A stretch of DNA of 63,133 bases, the filler included, from Basidiobolus meristosporus CBS 931.73 (lineage: Eukaryota > Fungi > Basidiobolomycota), in the NCBI GenBank assembly GCA_002104905.1. It is 3 parts of 3 records of this genome, joined end to end, with 100 filler letters (N's around TTAATTAATTAA, not from the genome) between each part and the next. Parts side by side here need not be neighbours in the genome. Positions count along the whole stretch, not along the records: positions 1 to 19,899 come from MCFE01001023.1; positions 20,000 to 49,664 come from MCFE01000865.1; 1 more part is not named here. One strand, written 5' to 3'. Of the stretch, positions 12,802 to 21,597 are shown piece after piece. A program made the translations under genes and the position numbers. Within the stretch, counting starts at the first letter, position 1, and each line of letters begins with the position of its first letter. The notes under the pieces were generated by a model that was not told the DNA's origin, ran no database searches, and worked only from the letters and a program-made list of their open reading frames with translations.

Positions 12802-12930
12802 TAGGGGGGAGGAAAGTCACCAAGTGGTGAAATCTTTATTTACTTATGACAAGTATCTAAAGAAGCCAAGTTAATCTGAAGTAATTCCTAGAAAGCTAGG
12901 TCTGAGAGATATCTTCCTGGTAAGCCAGGG
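12802..12930 (-). mobile_element. 5'-truncated SINE (3' 129 bp)
   Basis: Near-identical to 17,612-17,735. Ends CCCCCCTAATAAT on the minus strand. Confidence 0.85.
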
Positions 12931-12992
12931 TAGGGGGGAGACAGTCACCAACAGGTGAAATCTTTATTTCAGTTGAAACAAAGAAGCCAGCG

Positions 12993-15760
12993 CTACTGTT
13001 GTAGCTTTGATACAAGAGTGTGTAGCTGAGAGGAATTTGTAGGTAAGTTAAAAAGAAGTGATGATAGTTCTTCAGTGCTCAAGACACTGTTCAGTGGGAA
13101 GGGGGGTAGCAAGAGAGGTAAGAATGACTTGTGAACAACATTAATGAGGGAAATGTGATAAGGATTGATTTTCATCATAAAGGGAGTGTGCTGCTGCAGA
13201 TATTGCTGCCAAAGGTCTGTCAAGTACTTCAGGTAGGCCAGCTTGGGTTTTTCTGACTGCAGAATAAATTCTGCAAACTTCTTGACTTCAGGATCTCCAA
13301 GTATAGTTCTCCAGCAGGAGCCAGGTGTTGTGTGGTGTGTTCTCTTCCAGGCCTTAATCAGCGGGTTGTTGCAGTGGTGAAGTCTGAGATATAATCTGGT
13401 TCTAAGGTAGAGAAGTCTGATCTTATAGGGCATAAACCCAAAAGCACCAAGAATAGCATGTCTGTAGGGGCATTCAGGCAAATGAGTCACCAAGGAGGTA
13501 ATGCACCATACTGCAAACTTGTCAAGCTTAGTGCAGTCTCTAGAAGTAAGAGAGAGAAGTGGTAAGCCAAATTCCAGGACAGGGAAGACAAACTGCTTGA
13601 GTAGAAGGAGGCAGCTGGGAGCTGAAGTTGTAGGAGAAGTAACAGCCAGTAGCTTGTGGAGTGCCTGTCTTGCCAGGATAATTCTCTTCTTCAGGTGTGC
13701 TCCAGAGTCTAGTCCAGTAGGAAGGAAAGGAAAGCCAAGATATGTAGCAGAAACCTGAGCAGGTAGAGTGGAGTTCTCCAAGTTGATGGGAGAGCCCAAA
13801 GGTACTGTCTTTGCAATGGAAAGCTGGAGATTATTCTTCTGCAGATACTGGTGGATGGTCTGGGAGTCTTGTTGCACATTGGAGGAGGATATTCCGATGT
13901 CATCAGCAAAGAGAGTAACCAGGCAGTCAGCTGAGAGTCCTGGGAAATCATTCAAGAAGATGGCAAACAGTATAGGACCAAGCACAGAGCCTTGAACCAC
14001 TCCATTAGGAACTGAGAACACAGCTGATTGCTCACTTGGGTGCAGAATTCTTGCTTGTGTATCCAGAAACAGAGACCTGACAAGGAGGGTGAGAGAGGTA
14101 CTGGAGAAGCATTGCAACTTGGACCAAAGCAGATTTCTGTCAAATGAATCAAAGGCCTTAGTAATATCAAACAGAACAGAGGGATACTTGCACTGGAGAG
14201 AGTGATCTTGGCTAAGTATGACTGCATATTCCAAGGAGAGGCCAGGAACAAAGCCAAACTGTGCAGGATGAAACTTGAGAGAGTCAGAGTAGAGCTCCTG
14301 AGCAAGCAGAAGCTCAAACACCTTTCTGCAGGTGGGCAGCAGAGATATTGGCCTGTAGGAGCTAGGATCCAGGTGCTTTCCTTTACCCTTGTACAGTGGC
14401 AGAACATTTGCAAAGGACCATTCCTCAGGAGTAGAAAGCTGGGCTGAGCATTGCTGAAACAGTGGAAGCAGAAGTGCAGACATGGCCTTGGTACTAGTCT
14501 TCAGAAGCTCATAGGAGATTGTGTCCACACCTGGAGCAGTAGAGTTGGGAAGCCTCTTGAGCACATTATGGATTCTCCTTTGATCAAGTGCAAGTGGGAT
14601 GGGCAGAGTCTTGAAGTCAGGATGAAAGCCAGGAGTTGAGTACTGCTTTGTAGAGAAGAAGATGTTAGCCAGCTGTTCTGTTGAAGGTAACTTCCTGGAA
14701 GAGGGCCTCATTGCCCTGTAGAGTCTTGATACTGTTCTTGTTATAGAGTTGGAAGATTGCAGAGGCAAAGAACTCATAATATGATCCCAGAGCTGAGTAT
14801 GCAGAGTGTGGTGAATTGCCTTGGAGTGGTGTATTGCTGTCAGGAGGAGTTTCTCTGTTTTTGGGTTAGGGAAGCTCAGGTAGCTTTGTTGCAGGGCTGA
14901 AACAATGGATTCCCATTTTCTTGAGGTAACAGCAGTAGTCTTGCATGGCAGTGAGAGGGAGGCAGACACCAGAATCAGATGCTTCACAAAGAGCCAGGCA
15001 AAGTTGAGATCATCTGGCAGAGAAAGTAGCAAACTGGCAAGCTTCAAGTAGTTCCCAAAGTCTTTCTTCTGATTCTTGGTAGCTTTGTGGGTGAGCACAG
15101 TAAGTTTTGGCAGCTTCTTCTTCACAACTGGTTGCATAGAAAGGGACCAGGCTGGGTGGTCAGAGGCTCTCAAGGATCCTAGCTCAGCTCCAGAGAATTG
15201 CTTAACTTCATTCACAAAGTAGAGGGCAGCAGCAGAAGGGCAGATCCAGTCAACACATCTTTTCTCAGATTGAGCACCTAGTGCTAGCAGGTGGCTTTCT
15301 CTCAGGAAGTTCAGTAGGAATGTAGACCTTGGCTTCATTTTGCAGTCAGAGTAGTCTTGTTCTCAGGATGGGGAATGTTGAGATCTCCAAGCAAGATAAC
15401 AGGTGTTGATATAGATTGTTGGTATTGCTGAACCTTCTGGCATATAACTTGCACTTCCTGAAGGGCTAGACTTGGAGGCAGATAGCAGAGCACCAGACTG
15501 ATAGTTGGCAACTGGAGAGCAGCACAGTAAGGGGAGTAAAGAGGAACACAGAGCTGAGGAGTATTGATGGTAGAAGAGATGAAGCAGATAGAGGAGGTAT
15601 TCTTTGTTCTAGGAGTAGAAAAGCAATATAGATTAGTCAAAAGTATAGAGGGTAGCTGGACATCAATCAAACACAGGAGGGAAAATCTTGAAAGAAGTCT
15701 CTCTAGAGTTGGTCTTGATGGCTGTATGCTGTTGCAGTTAAGCAACAGAACTTCAGGTAG
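12993..15760 (-). CDS. LINE ORF2 (AP endonuclease + reverse transcriptase), with a frame break at about 15,338
   Basis: Endonuclease motifs LLNCN, CYLPP, LLGDLN in 15,335-15,760, then VDWI and SDH. RT motifs APGVD, YRPISLL, DITKAFD, GVVQGSVLGP, LFADD in 12,993-15,338. No C-terminal CCHC or RNase H seen. Confidence 0.88.
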
Positions 15761-17269
15761 TCAGGCAGAGGTTGTAGCTTCTTCAGAGGCAGCATTAACA
15801 ATGTGACCTGCAGAGTCCCAGAGCTCTTCAAATGGTGCATCACTTAAGTCAGCAAGGAGGGAAATGGCATGGTTCTTGAGGAAGTATGCCACATCATAGG
15901 AGGGGGCTTGTCTCTTGATGGCAGCAAAGAAAGACAGAATGGCAACATGGGCTGGAGGCTTGTTGAACAGTAGAGAGTCAGAGGATTCAGATTCTTCAGG
16001 CACTATCTTGAAGTCAGTTTTCAGCCAGTTAAGGTTCTTCTCCACAAAGGCAACAAATGGGTCAGCAATGTTTTGGTCTAGGATAACCTCCAGAATCTTC
16101 CCTTTTCTCCAGGCCAGGTTGACAATTCTTGAGAGCTGAATATTGCATGCCTTGAGTGCTTTCCTGATGTTGGAAATGGGGGTCCAGGGAACTTGCTTCA
16201 AGTACACCACAGTCCAGGTAGAAGCTGGTGGTAGGTTTGCTGGGGGCTTGTAAGTCCTTCTGTGTTGCAATGGAGCTGCAGTAGTCAGATTGGAGTCCAC
16301 ATTCTCAGTAGAAGGTTTTCTTGATGTGTCTTGCTGAATAGTACTGGAGCTGGATGTGCTGATAATTCTTGCTAGAACCTTGCCTGCATAAGTCTGAGGT
16401 ATAGCTGAGGTGACTGTAGAGGTGGTGGCAGCTGGTGCAGGTGGAGAGGCAGAGACTGAAGCAGGAACTGAGGTCACCTGGGAGAAGGCAGTAGAAGCAG
16501 GTTTTCTGGGAGGAACAGAGTTCACTATCCAGTTGTTCTGTAAAACACTGGAGTAGCTTTTCTGTGGAACAGGATCTTGCTCTTGAACAGGAACAGAAGC
16601 AGGAGGCTGGGGCTGAGCAGTAGTGGTAAGGCAGTGGCACTCCAAGGAAGCTTTTTGCAAGGCATCTCTGGCAGTTTTCAGGGCAGTATTGGCTTCATTC
16701 TTGAGCTTCTTGCATTGGGCATCCAGTCTCTTGTTTTCAATAGCCAGGGCAGTATTGGCAGCCTCTAAATCAGCAATTCTCTTCTCAATTGCAAGGAATC
16801 TCTGAAGAAATGCATCAGTAGAAGTGCTGGCATCTGGGAGAGCAGTGGCAGGAATAGAGTCCATTGACAGTGGGCTTCTTGGAGGCAAGGAAAGTGGACT
16901 GGCAGATTCAGGCACAAAAGGAGATATCCTGGCAGGAGGAGAAGGAGTATCCAAGGCAGTAACAGAGGCAATTCTTGTTGGTGAAGCAGCAGCAGGGGAG
17001 GCAAGCCTGTTCAGAAACTGGGCAGGAGAGAGTGCTTGAGGAGAGGGAGTCTTCAGCTTGCCAAGCATGTCTTCCATCAGAGTGATACCAATATTCCTGG
17101 TGCATTTGCAGAGAAAAGTAAGCTTCCTGAGTCTGCCAGCTCTTCCATTCCTTCTGATAGTTCCTTTGTTTCCACAGTTGGGGCAAGAAATCTTCTTGAC
17201 AGACTTGTCAAAGCAATCAAGAACCTTCCTTTCAGGTGTAGTGGGCTCCTGTTGAGGTTTTGGTGGCAT
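15761..17269 (-). CDS. LINE ORF1 (502 aa): N-terminal Cys4 zinc ribbon, coiled coil, low-complexity linker, RRM-like C-terminus
   Basis: Open frame from ATG at 17,269. CPNCG...FLCKC motif, heptad stretch FLQRFLAIEKRIADLEAAN, position upstream of ORF2. Confidence 0.88.
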   Translation of the reverse strand: MPPKPQQEPTTPERKVLDCFDKSVKKISCPNCGNKGTIRRNGRAGRLRKLTFLCKCTRNIGITLMEDMLGKLKTPSPQALSPAQFLNRLASPAAASPTRIASVTALDTPSPPARISPFVPESASPLSLPPRSPLSMDSIPATALPDASTSTDAFLQRFLAIEKRIADLEAANTALAIENKRLDAQCKKLKNEANTALKTARDALQKASLECHCLTTTAQPQPPASVPVQEQDPVPQKSYSSVLQNNWIVNSVPPRKPASTAFSQVTSVPASVSASPPAPAATTSTVTSAIPQTYAGKVLARIISTSSSSTIQQDTSRKPSTENVDSNLTTAAPLQHRRTYKPPANLPPASTWTVVYLKQVPWTPISNIRKALKACNIQLSRIVNLAWRKGKILEVILDQNIADPFVAFVEKNLNWLKTDFKIVPEESESSDSLLFNKPPAHVAILSFFAAIKRQAPSYDVAYFLKNHAISLLADLSDAPFEELWDSAGHIVNAASEEATTSA

Positions 17270-17393
17270 ATCCAGAGTTTCAGCTTCAAATTTCAATTTT
17301 TGAGATTTTTGGGTGATTTTTGATGGGCGGGATCAAAATTAGGGTTAGGGTTGCGCGCTGTGACTGCTTTTTACGATCGCAAGGTCAGATCCT

Positions 17394-17598
17394 AGGAAAA
17401 AATAAAAATAGTTAGTAAAGGTGATTTAATGGATGGATGGATGGATTCGGAGTCAGATTCAATCAAAAAATCAAATCGTTGACTAATTTAAAGAGGAAAA
17501 AATAAAAATAGTTAGTAAAGGTGATTTAATGGATGGATGGATGGATTTGGAGTCAGATTCAATCAAAAAATCAAATCGTTGACTAATTTAAAGAGGAA
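17394..17598 (-). repeat. Two tandem 100-bp monomers (plus 5 bp) in the LINE 5' UTR
   Basis: 17,394-17,493 and 17,494-17,593 differ at one CpG/TpG site. Each contains (GGAT)n. Confidence 0.93.
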
Positions 17599-17611
17599 GG
17601 TTAGGGTTAGG

Positions 17612-18135
17612 TAGGGAGGAAAGTCACCAAGTGGTGAAATCTTTATTTACTTATGACAAGTATCTAAAGAAGCCAAGTTAATCTGAAGTTATTCCTAGAA
17701 AGCTAGGTCTGAGAGATATCTTCCTGGTAAGCCAGGTCTGAGAGTTGAGAAGCTGAGTGGTACTATATTTCCTAGTTAGCTAGGTCTGAGAGTGGTTTCC
17801 TGGAAAGCCAGGCCTGAGAAGTGAGAATCTGAATATATCTGAGCTAAGTTATACTGGTTTGCGGTAGCTGAATTGTGGCCGGAATGGCCAGTAGACTGGG
17901 GGAACTGAGATGAATTTCTGGGCGATCACTGGCCAAATTTACTAGGCAAATCTGGCCAATTAGCATTTCAAGGATTTCAGCCAATCAGAGCCTTTACTTT
18001 GCCCGATGGTTGATCAAGCCATCTCCCAATGAGCACACATCAATTTATTGATCAAATTTTGCTGGATCCAGGATTTGAACCCACAACCATGGGTATGGAA
18101 GGGTTAGGGATAACCACAAGGCTAAGTGTTCTTGG
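17612..18135 (-). mobile_element. Full-length tRNA-derived SINE (about 525 bp), probable partner of the LINE
   Basis: tRNA-like head with A and B boxes, body with internal (GC/CT)CAGGTCTGAGAG-type repeats, LINE-like 3' tail. No ORF. Confidence 0.8.
18071..18124 (-). promoter_or_regulatory. RNA Pol III type-2 internal promoter (A and B boxes) of the SINE
   Basis: A-box TAGCCTTGTGG (18,124-18,114) and B-box GGTTCAAATCC (18,081-18,071) at tRNA-like spacing. CCTTCCA lies at the anticodon-loop position (tRNA-Gly TCC-like). Confidence 0.7.
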
Positions 18136-18136
18136 T

Positions 18137-19450
18137 TAGGGGGGGAGACAGTCACCAACAGGTGAAATCTTTATTTCAGTTGAAACAAAGAAGCCAGCGC
18201 TACTGTTGTAGCTTTGATACAAGAGTGTGTAGCTGAGGGGAATTTGTAGGTAAGTTAATAAGAAGTGATGATAGTTCTTCAGTGCTCAAGACACTGTTCA
18301 GTGGGAAGGGGGGTAGCAAGAGAGGTAAGAATGACTTGTGAACAACATTAATGAGGGGAATGTGATAAGGATTGATATTCATCATAAAGGGAGTGTGCTG
18401 CTGCAGATATTGCTGCCAAAGGTCTGTCAAGTACTTCAGGTAGGCCAGCTTGGGTTTTTCTGACTGCAGAATATAGTGAGCAAACTTCTTGACTTCAGGA
18501 TCTCCAAGTATAGTTCTCCAGCAGGAGCCAGGTGTTGTGTGGTGTGTTCTCTTCCAGGCCTTAATCAGTGGGTTGTTGCAGTTGTGAAGTCTGAGGTATA
18601 ATCTGGTTCTAAGGTAGAGAAGTCTGATCTTATAGGGCATAAACCCAAAAGCACCAAGAATAGCATGTCTGTAGGGGCATTCAGGCAAATGAGGCACCAA
18701 GGAGGTAATGCACCATACTGCAAACTTGTCAAGCTTAGTGCAGTCTCTAGAAGTAAGAGAGAGAAGTGGTAAGCCAAATTCCAGGACAGGGAAGACAAAC
18801 TGCTTGAGTAGAAGGAGGCAGCTGGGAGCTGAAGTTGTAGGAGGAGTAACAGCCAGTAGCTTGTGGAGTGCCTGTCTTGCCAGGATAATTCTCTTCTTCA
18901 GGTGTGCTCCAGAGTCTAGTCCAGTAGGAAGGAAAGGAAAGCCAAGATATGTAGCAGAAACCTGAGCAGGTAGAGTGGAGTTCTCCAAGTTGATGGGAGA
19001 GCCCAAAGGTACTGTCTTTGCAATGGAAAGCTGGAGATTATTCTTCTGCAGATACTGGTGGATGGTCTGGGAGTCTTGTTGCACATTGGAGGAGGATATT
19101 CTGATGTCATCAGCAAAGAGAGTAACCAGGCAGTCAGCTGAGAGTCTTGGGAAATCATTCAGGAAGATGGCAAACAGTATAGGACCAAGCACAGAGCCTT
19201 GAACCACTCCATTAGGAACTGAGAACACAGCTGATTGCTCACTTGGGTGCAGAATTCTTGCTTGTGGATCCAGAAACAGAGACCTGACAAGGAGGGTGAG
19301 AGAGGTACTGGAGAAGCATTGCAACTTGGACCAAAGCAGATTTCTGTCAACTGAATCAAAGGCCTTAGTAATATCAAACAGAACAGAGGGATACTTGCAC
19401 TGGAGAGAGTGATCTTGGCTAAGTATGACTGCATATTCCAAGGAGAGGCC
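18137..19450 (-). mobile_element. 5'-truncated LINE copy 2 (3' 1.3 kb)
   Basis: Matches 12,931-14,240 with about 15 differences. Begins inside RT. Confidence 0.93.
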
Positions 19451-19899
19451 TAGGGGGGAGACAGTCACCAACAGGTGAAATCTTTATTTCAGTTGAAACA
19501 AAGAAGCCAGCGCTACTGTTGTAGCTTTGATACAAGAGTGTGTAGCTGAGGGGAATTTGTAGGTAAGTTAATAAGAAGTGATGATAGTTCTTCAGTGCTC
19601 AAGACACTGTTCAGTGGGAAGGGGGGTAGCAAGAGAGGTAAGAATGACTTGTGAACAACATTAATGAGGGGAATGTGATAAGGATTGATATTCATCATAA
19701 AAGGGAGTGTGCTGCTGCAGATATTGCTGCCAAAGGTCTGTCAAGTACTTCAGGTAGGCCAGCTTGGGTTTTTCTGACTGCAGAATATAGTGAGCAAACT
19801 TCTTGACTTCAGGATCTCCAAGTATAGTTCTCCAGCAGGAGTCAGGTGTAGTGTGGTGTGTTCTCTTCCAGGCCTTAATCAGTGGGTTGTTGCAGTTGT
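19451..19899 (-). mobile_element. LINE copy 3 (3' end, runs into the gap)
   Basis: Same 3' end. Shares the diagnostic FAHYI variant with copy 2. Confidence 0.9.
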
Positions 19900-19999
19900 N
19901 NNNNNNNNNNNNNNNNNNNNNNNNNNNNNNNNNNNNNNNNNNNTTAATTAATTAANNNNNNNNNNNNNNNNNNNNNNNNNNNNNNNNNNNNNNNNNNNN
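19900..19999. other. Assembly gap (44 N + TTAATTAATTAA + 44 N)
   Basis: Artificial spacer with stop codons in all six frames. Confidence 0.95.
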
Positions 20000-21597
20000 G
20001 TTTTTTATGGAATCCTTGAGTTTCAAAAGGAGTAGTGTTGAATATAGTATATACTAGAAGTTGGATAGAGCAAAAGCAGTCCTATTAGCTCTATATGTGG
20101 ATGATCTTATCATAGCCACCAATAACCTTGAACATTGGAAGAGACTAATTCAGTCTATTTCAAGAGTTCAAGTTGTCCAATCTAGGAGAACTCTGTTACT
20201 ACTTGGGGAAAAGGTTCTCCATAGACAGAAGTACCCAGACTATCCCCCTAAGTCAATCCAAGTATATTCAAGATATACTAAAGAAGTACCAAATAGAAGT
20301 CTATAAACTGGCAGCTGCCCCAATGTTGACAAACACTAACTTGGTCAAAACTCAACCAAATCAAGAGGGCTTGGTGCCATCTGAAGGCCCTGACTTCCCT
20401 TATCTTTCTATGATCTGCCGGCTGATGCATATCAAGCTTGGTACATGTTCATGTATCTCATATTCAGTTGGAGTTGTCAGCCAGCATAATCAGAACTCTA
20501 GATCTGATCATATTGCAGCAGTCAGGCATATTTTTAGGTACCTAAGAGGTGTCATGATCACATGACACCATGAGCACCCATGCCAAGTTTCAGCTTCCTA
20601 GCTCGATTTCTAAGAGATTCCTTCTGGAACCTTCTACCACCTTCCAGAAAGTTCCTGACCATTCCAAACCATTGTTACACAATGGAACATTCCATGGAAG
20701 CTTCCCATCATATTTTTCATAGTCCAGTACCATATATGGAAATACCAGGTCACGTAACCTAGTCACAAAATCAGGTGACCCAATCCATTTCCCCATCCTG
20801 ACTCAGTGCCTTGCCTTCTATATTATTTTCCCCAGCACTGCTGCTGTGCCTCACCCCACAACCCTATTAGTATTAGCTAATATCTCTTGGCATCAGTATA
20901 GCCAAAAGTATATATAGTCTGATCCCCCCCTTAAGTATTCCTCAGTCTGATAAACACAGGTCTTGAATAATGACTTAGGCCTATATCAAAGAATGCCATT
21001 CCTTTATTTTAAGGTGATCAAGGATGTATAAAATTAGGTAGAAATCCAACTGTTCATGCTAGAACTAAGCATTTAGATATTAGACATGATTTCATGCATA
21101 AAGCTATGGAGAATAAGTTAGCAAGCTCAGTTTACTGTTCTTCAGATGAATTGATTGCAGATAAATCTACCAAACCAGCCAGAGAAAAGTTAGAATATCT
21201 TAGGTCAAAATTGGGACTAGTCAGTATGAACATTTAGCTGAGAGGGAGTGTTGTAAAAGTTTGTAATTCCATCTGAAAATTGACCTAAATTGGGCATGTA
21301 GATCATTTCCTTCAAATCCAAGAGAACACTGACCAGATTCCTTGTTAGAATTTACTTATAACATTTCCACCCTAATATCAGGTACCCAGAACATGAAAGT
21401 TTTCAAAGTTGTCCAAACAGCCCCAAAATTTGCACTCATGTTTTTGGGGCCTTCCTAAGCCTATTCTGTATGTTTTTTATGCTAAGATCATGTCAAAGTA
21501 TAAATACCACTTGGATATTCAATAAATCATTAAGTGAAAACCACATTATCTACTTGTGATGCCAATCACTTCCAATATCTCCAAGACTCTTGCAACA
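20000..21597 (+). mobile_element. Decayed 3' part of a Copia-1 copy with its 3' LTR (21,249-21,597)
   Basis: RT (ALYVDDL) and RNase H remnants, PPT GAGAGGGAG, LTR homologous to 6681-7029. Confidence 0.88.
20550..20972 (+). mobile_element. 3'-truncated LTR, same family as 8707-9234
   Basis: Starts TGTCATGATCACATG versus TGCCATAATCACATA. Shared internal blocks. A deletion removes its end and part of the Copia RT/RH. Confidence 0.65.

Larger units (their letters stand above)
12931..17611 (-). mobile_element. Full-length APE-type non-LTR retrotransposon (LINE)
   Basis: 5' UTR with monomers, ORF1, endonuclease and RT, short 3' UTR with AATAAA and a stem-loop, ending CCCCCCTA. The same 3' end recurs at 18,137 and 19,451. 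Confidence 0.93.

Noticed and set aside
15915-17323. Multiple short plus-strand and alternative-frame ORFs over the LINE
   Set aside because: Shadows of ORF1/ORF2 favoured by the biased composition. None is long or motif-bearing.
17394-17598. Direct repeats as a possible CRISPR array (also the 117-bp and 784-bp repeats)
   Set aside because: Contiguous tandem units with no unique spacers, no cas genes and a eukaryotic context.
17339-17611. TTAGGG runs as a real telomere or healed chromosome end
   Set aside because: Only about two units each, embedded in the LINE 5' UTR with sequence continuing on both sides.
18055-18135. Functional tRNA gene
   Set aside because: The A/B boxes are present but the acceptor, anticodon and T stems do not pair, and it is fused to a LINE-like tail. 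Treated as a SINE head.
19944-19955. Palindromic TTAATTAATTAA inside N-runs (also 49,709-49,720)
   Set aside because: Centred in exact 100-bp gaps, with stops in all six frames. It is an assembly spacer, not biology.
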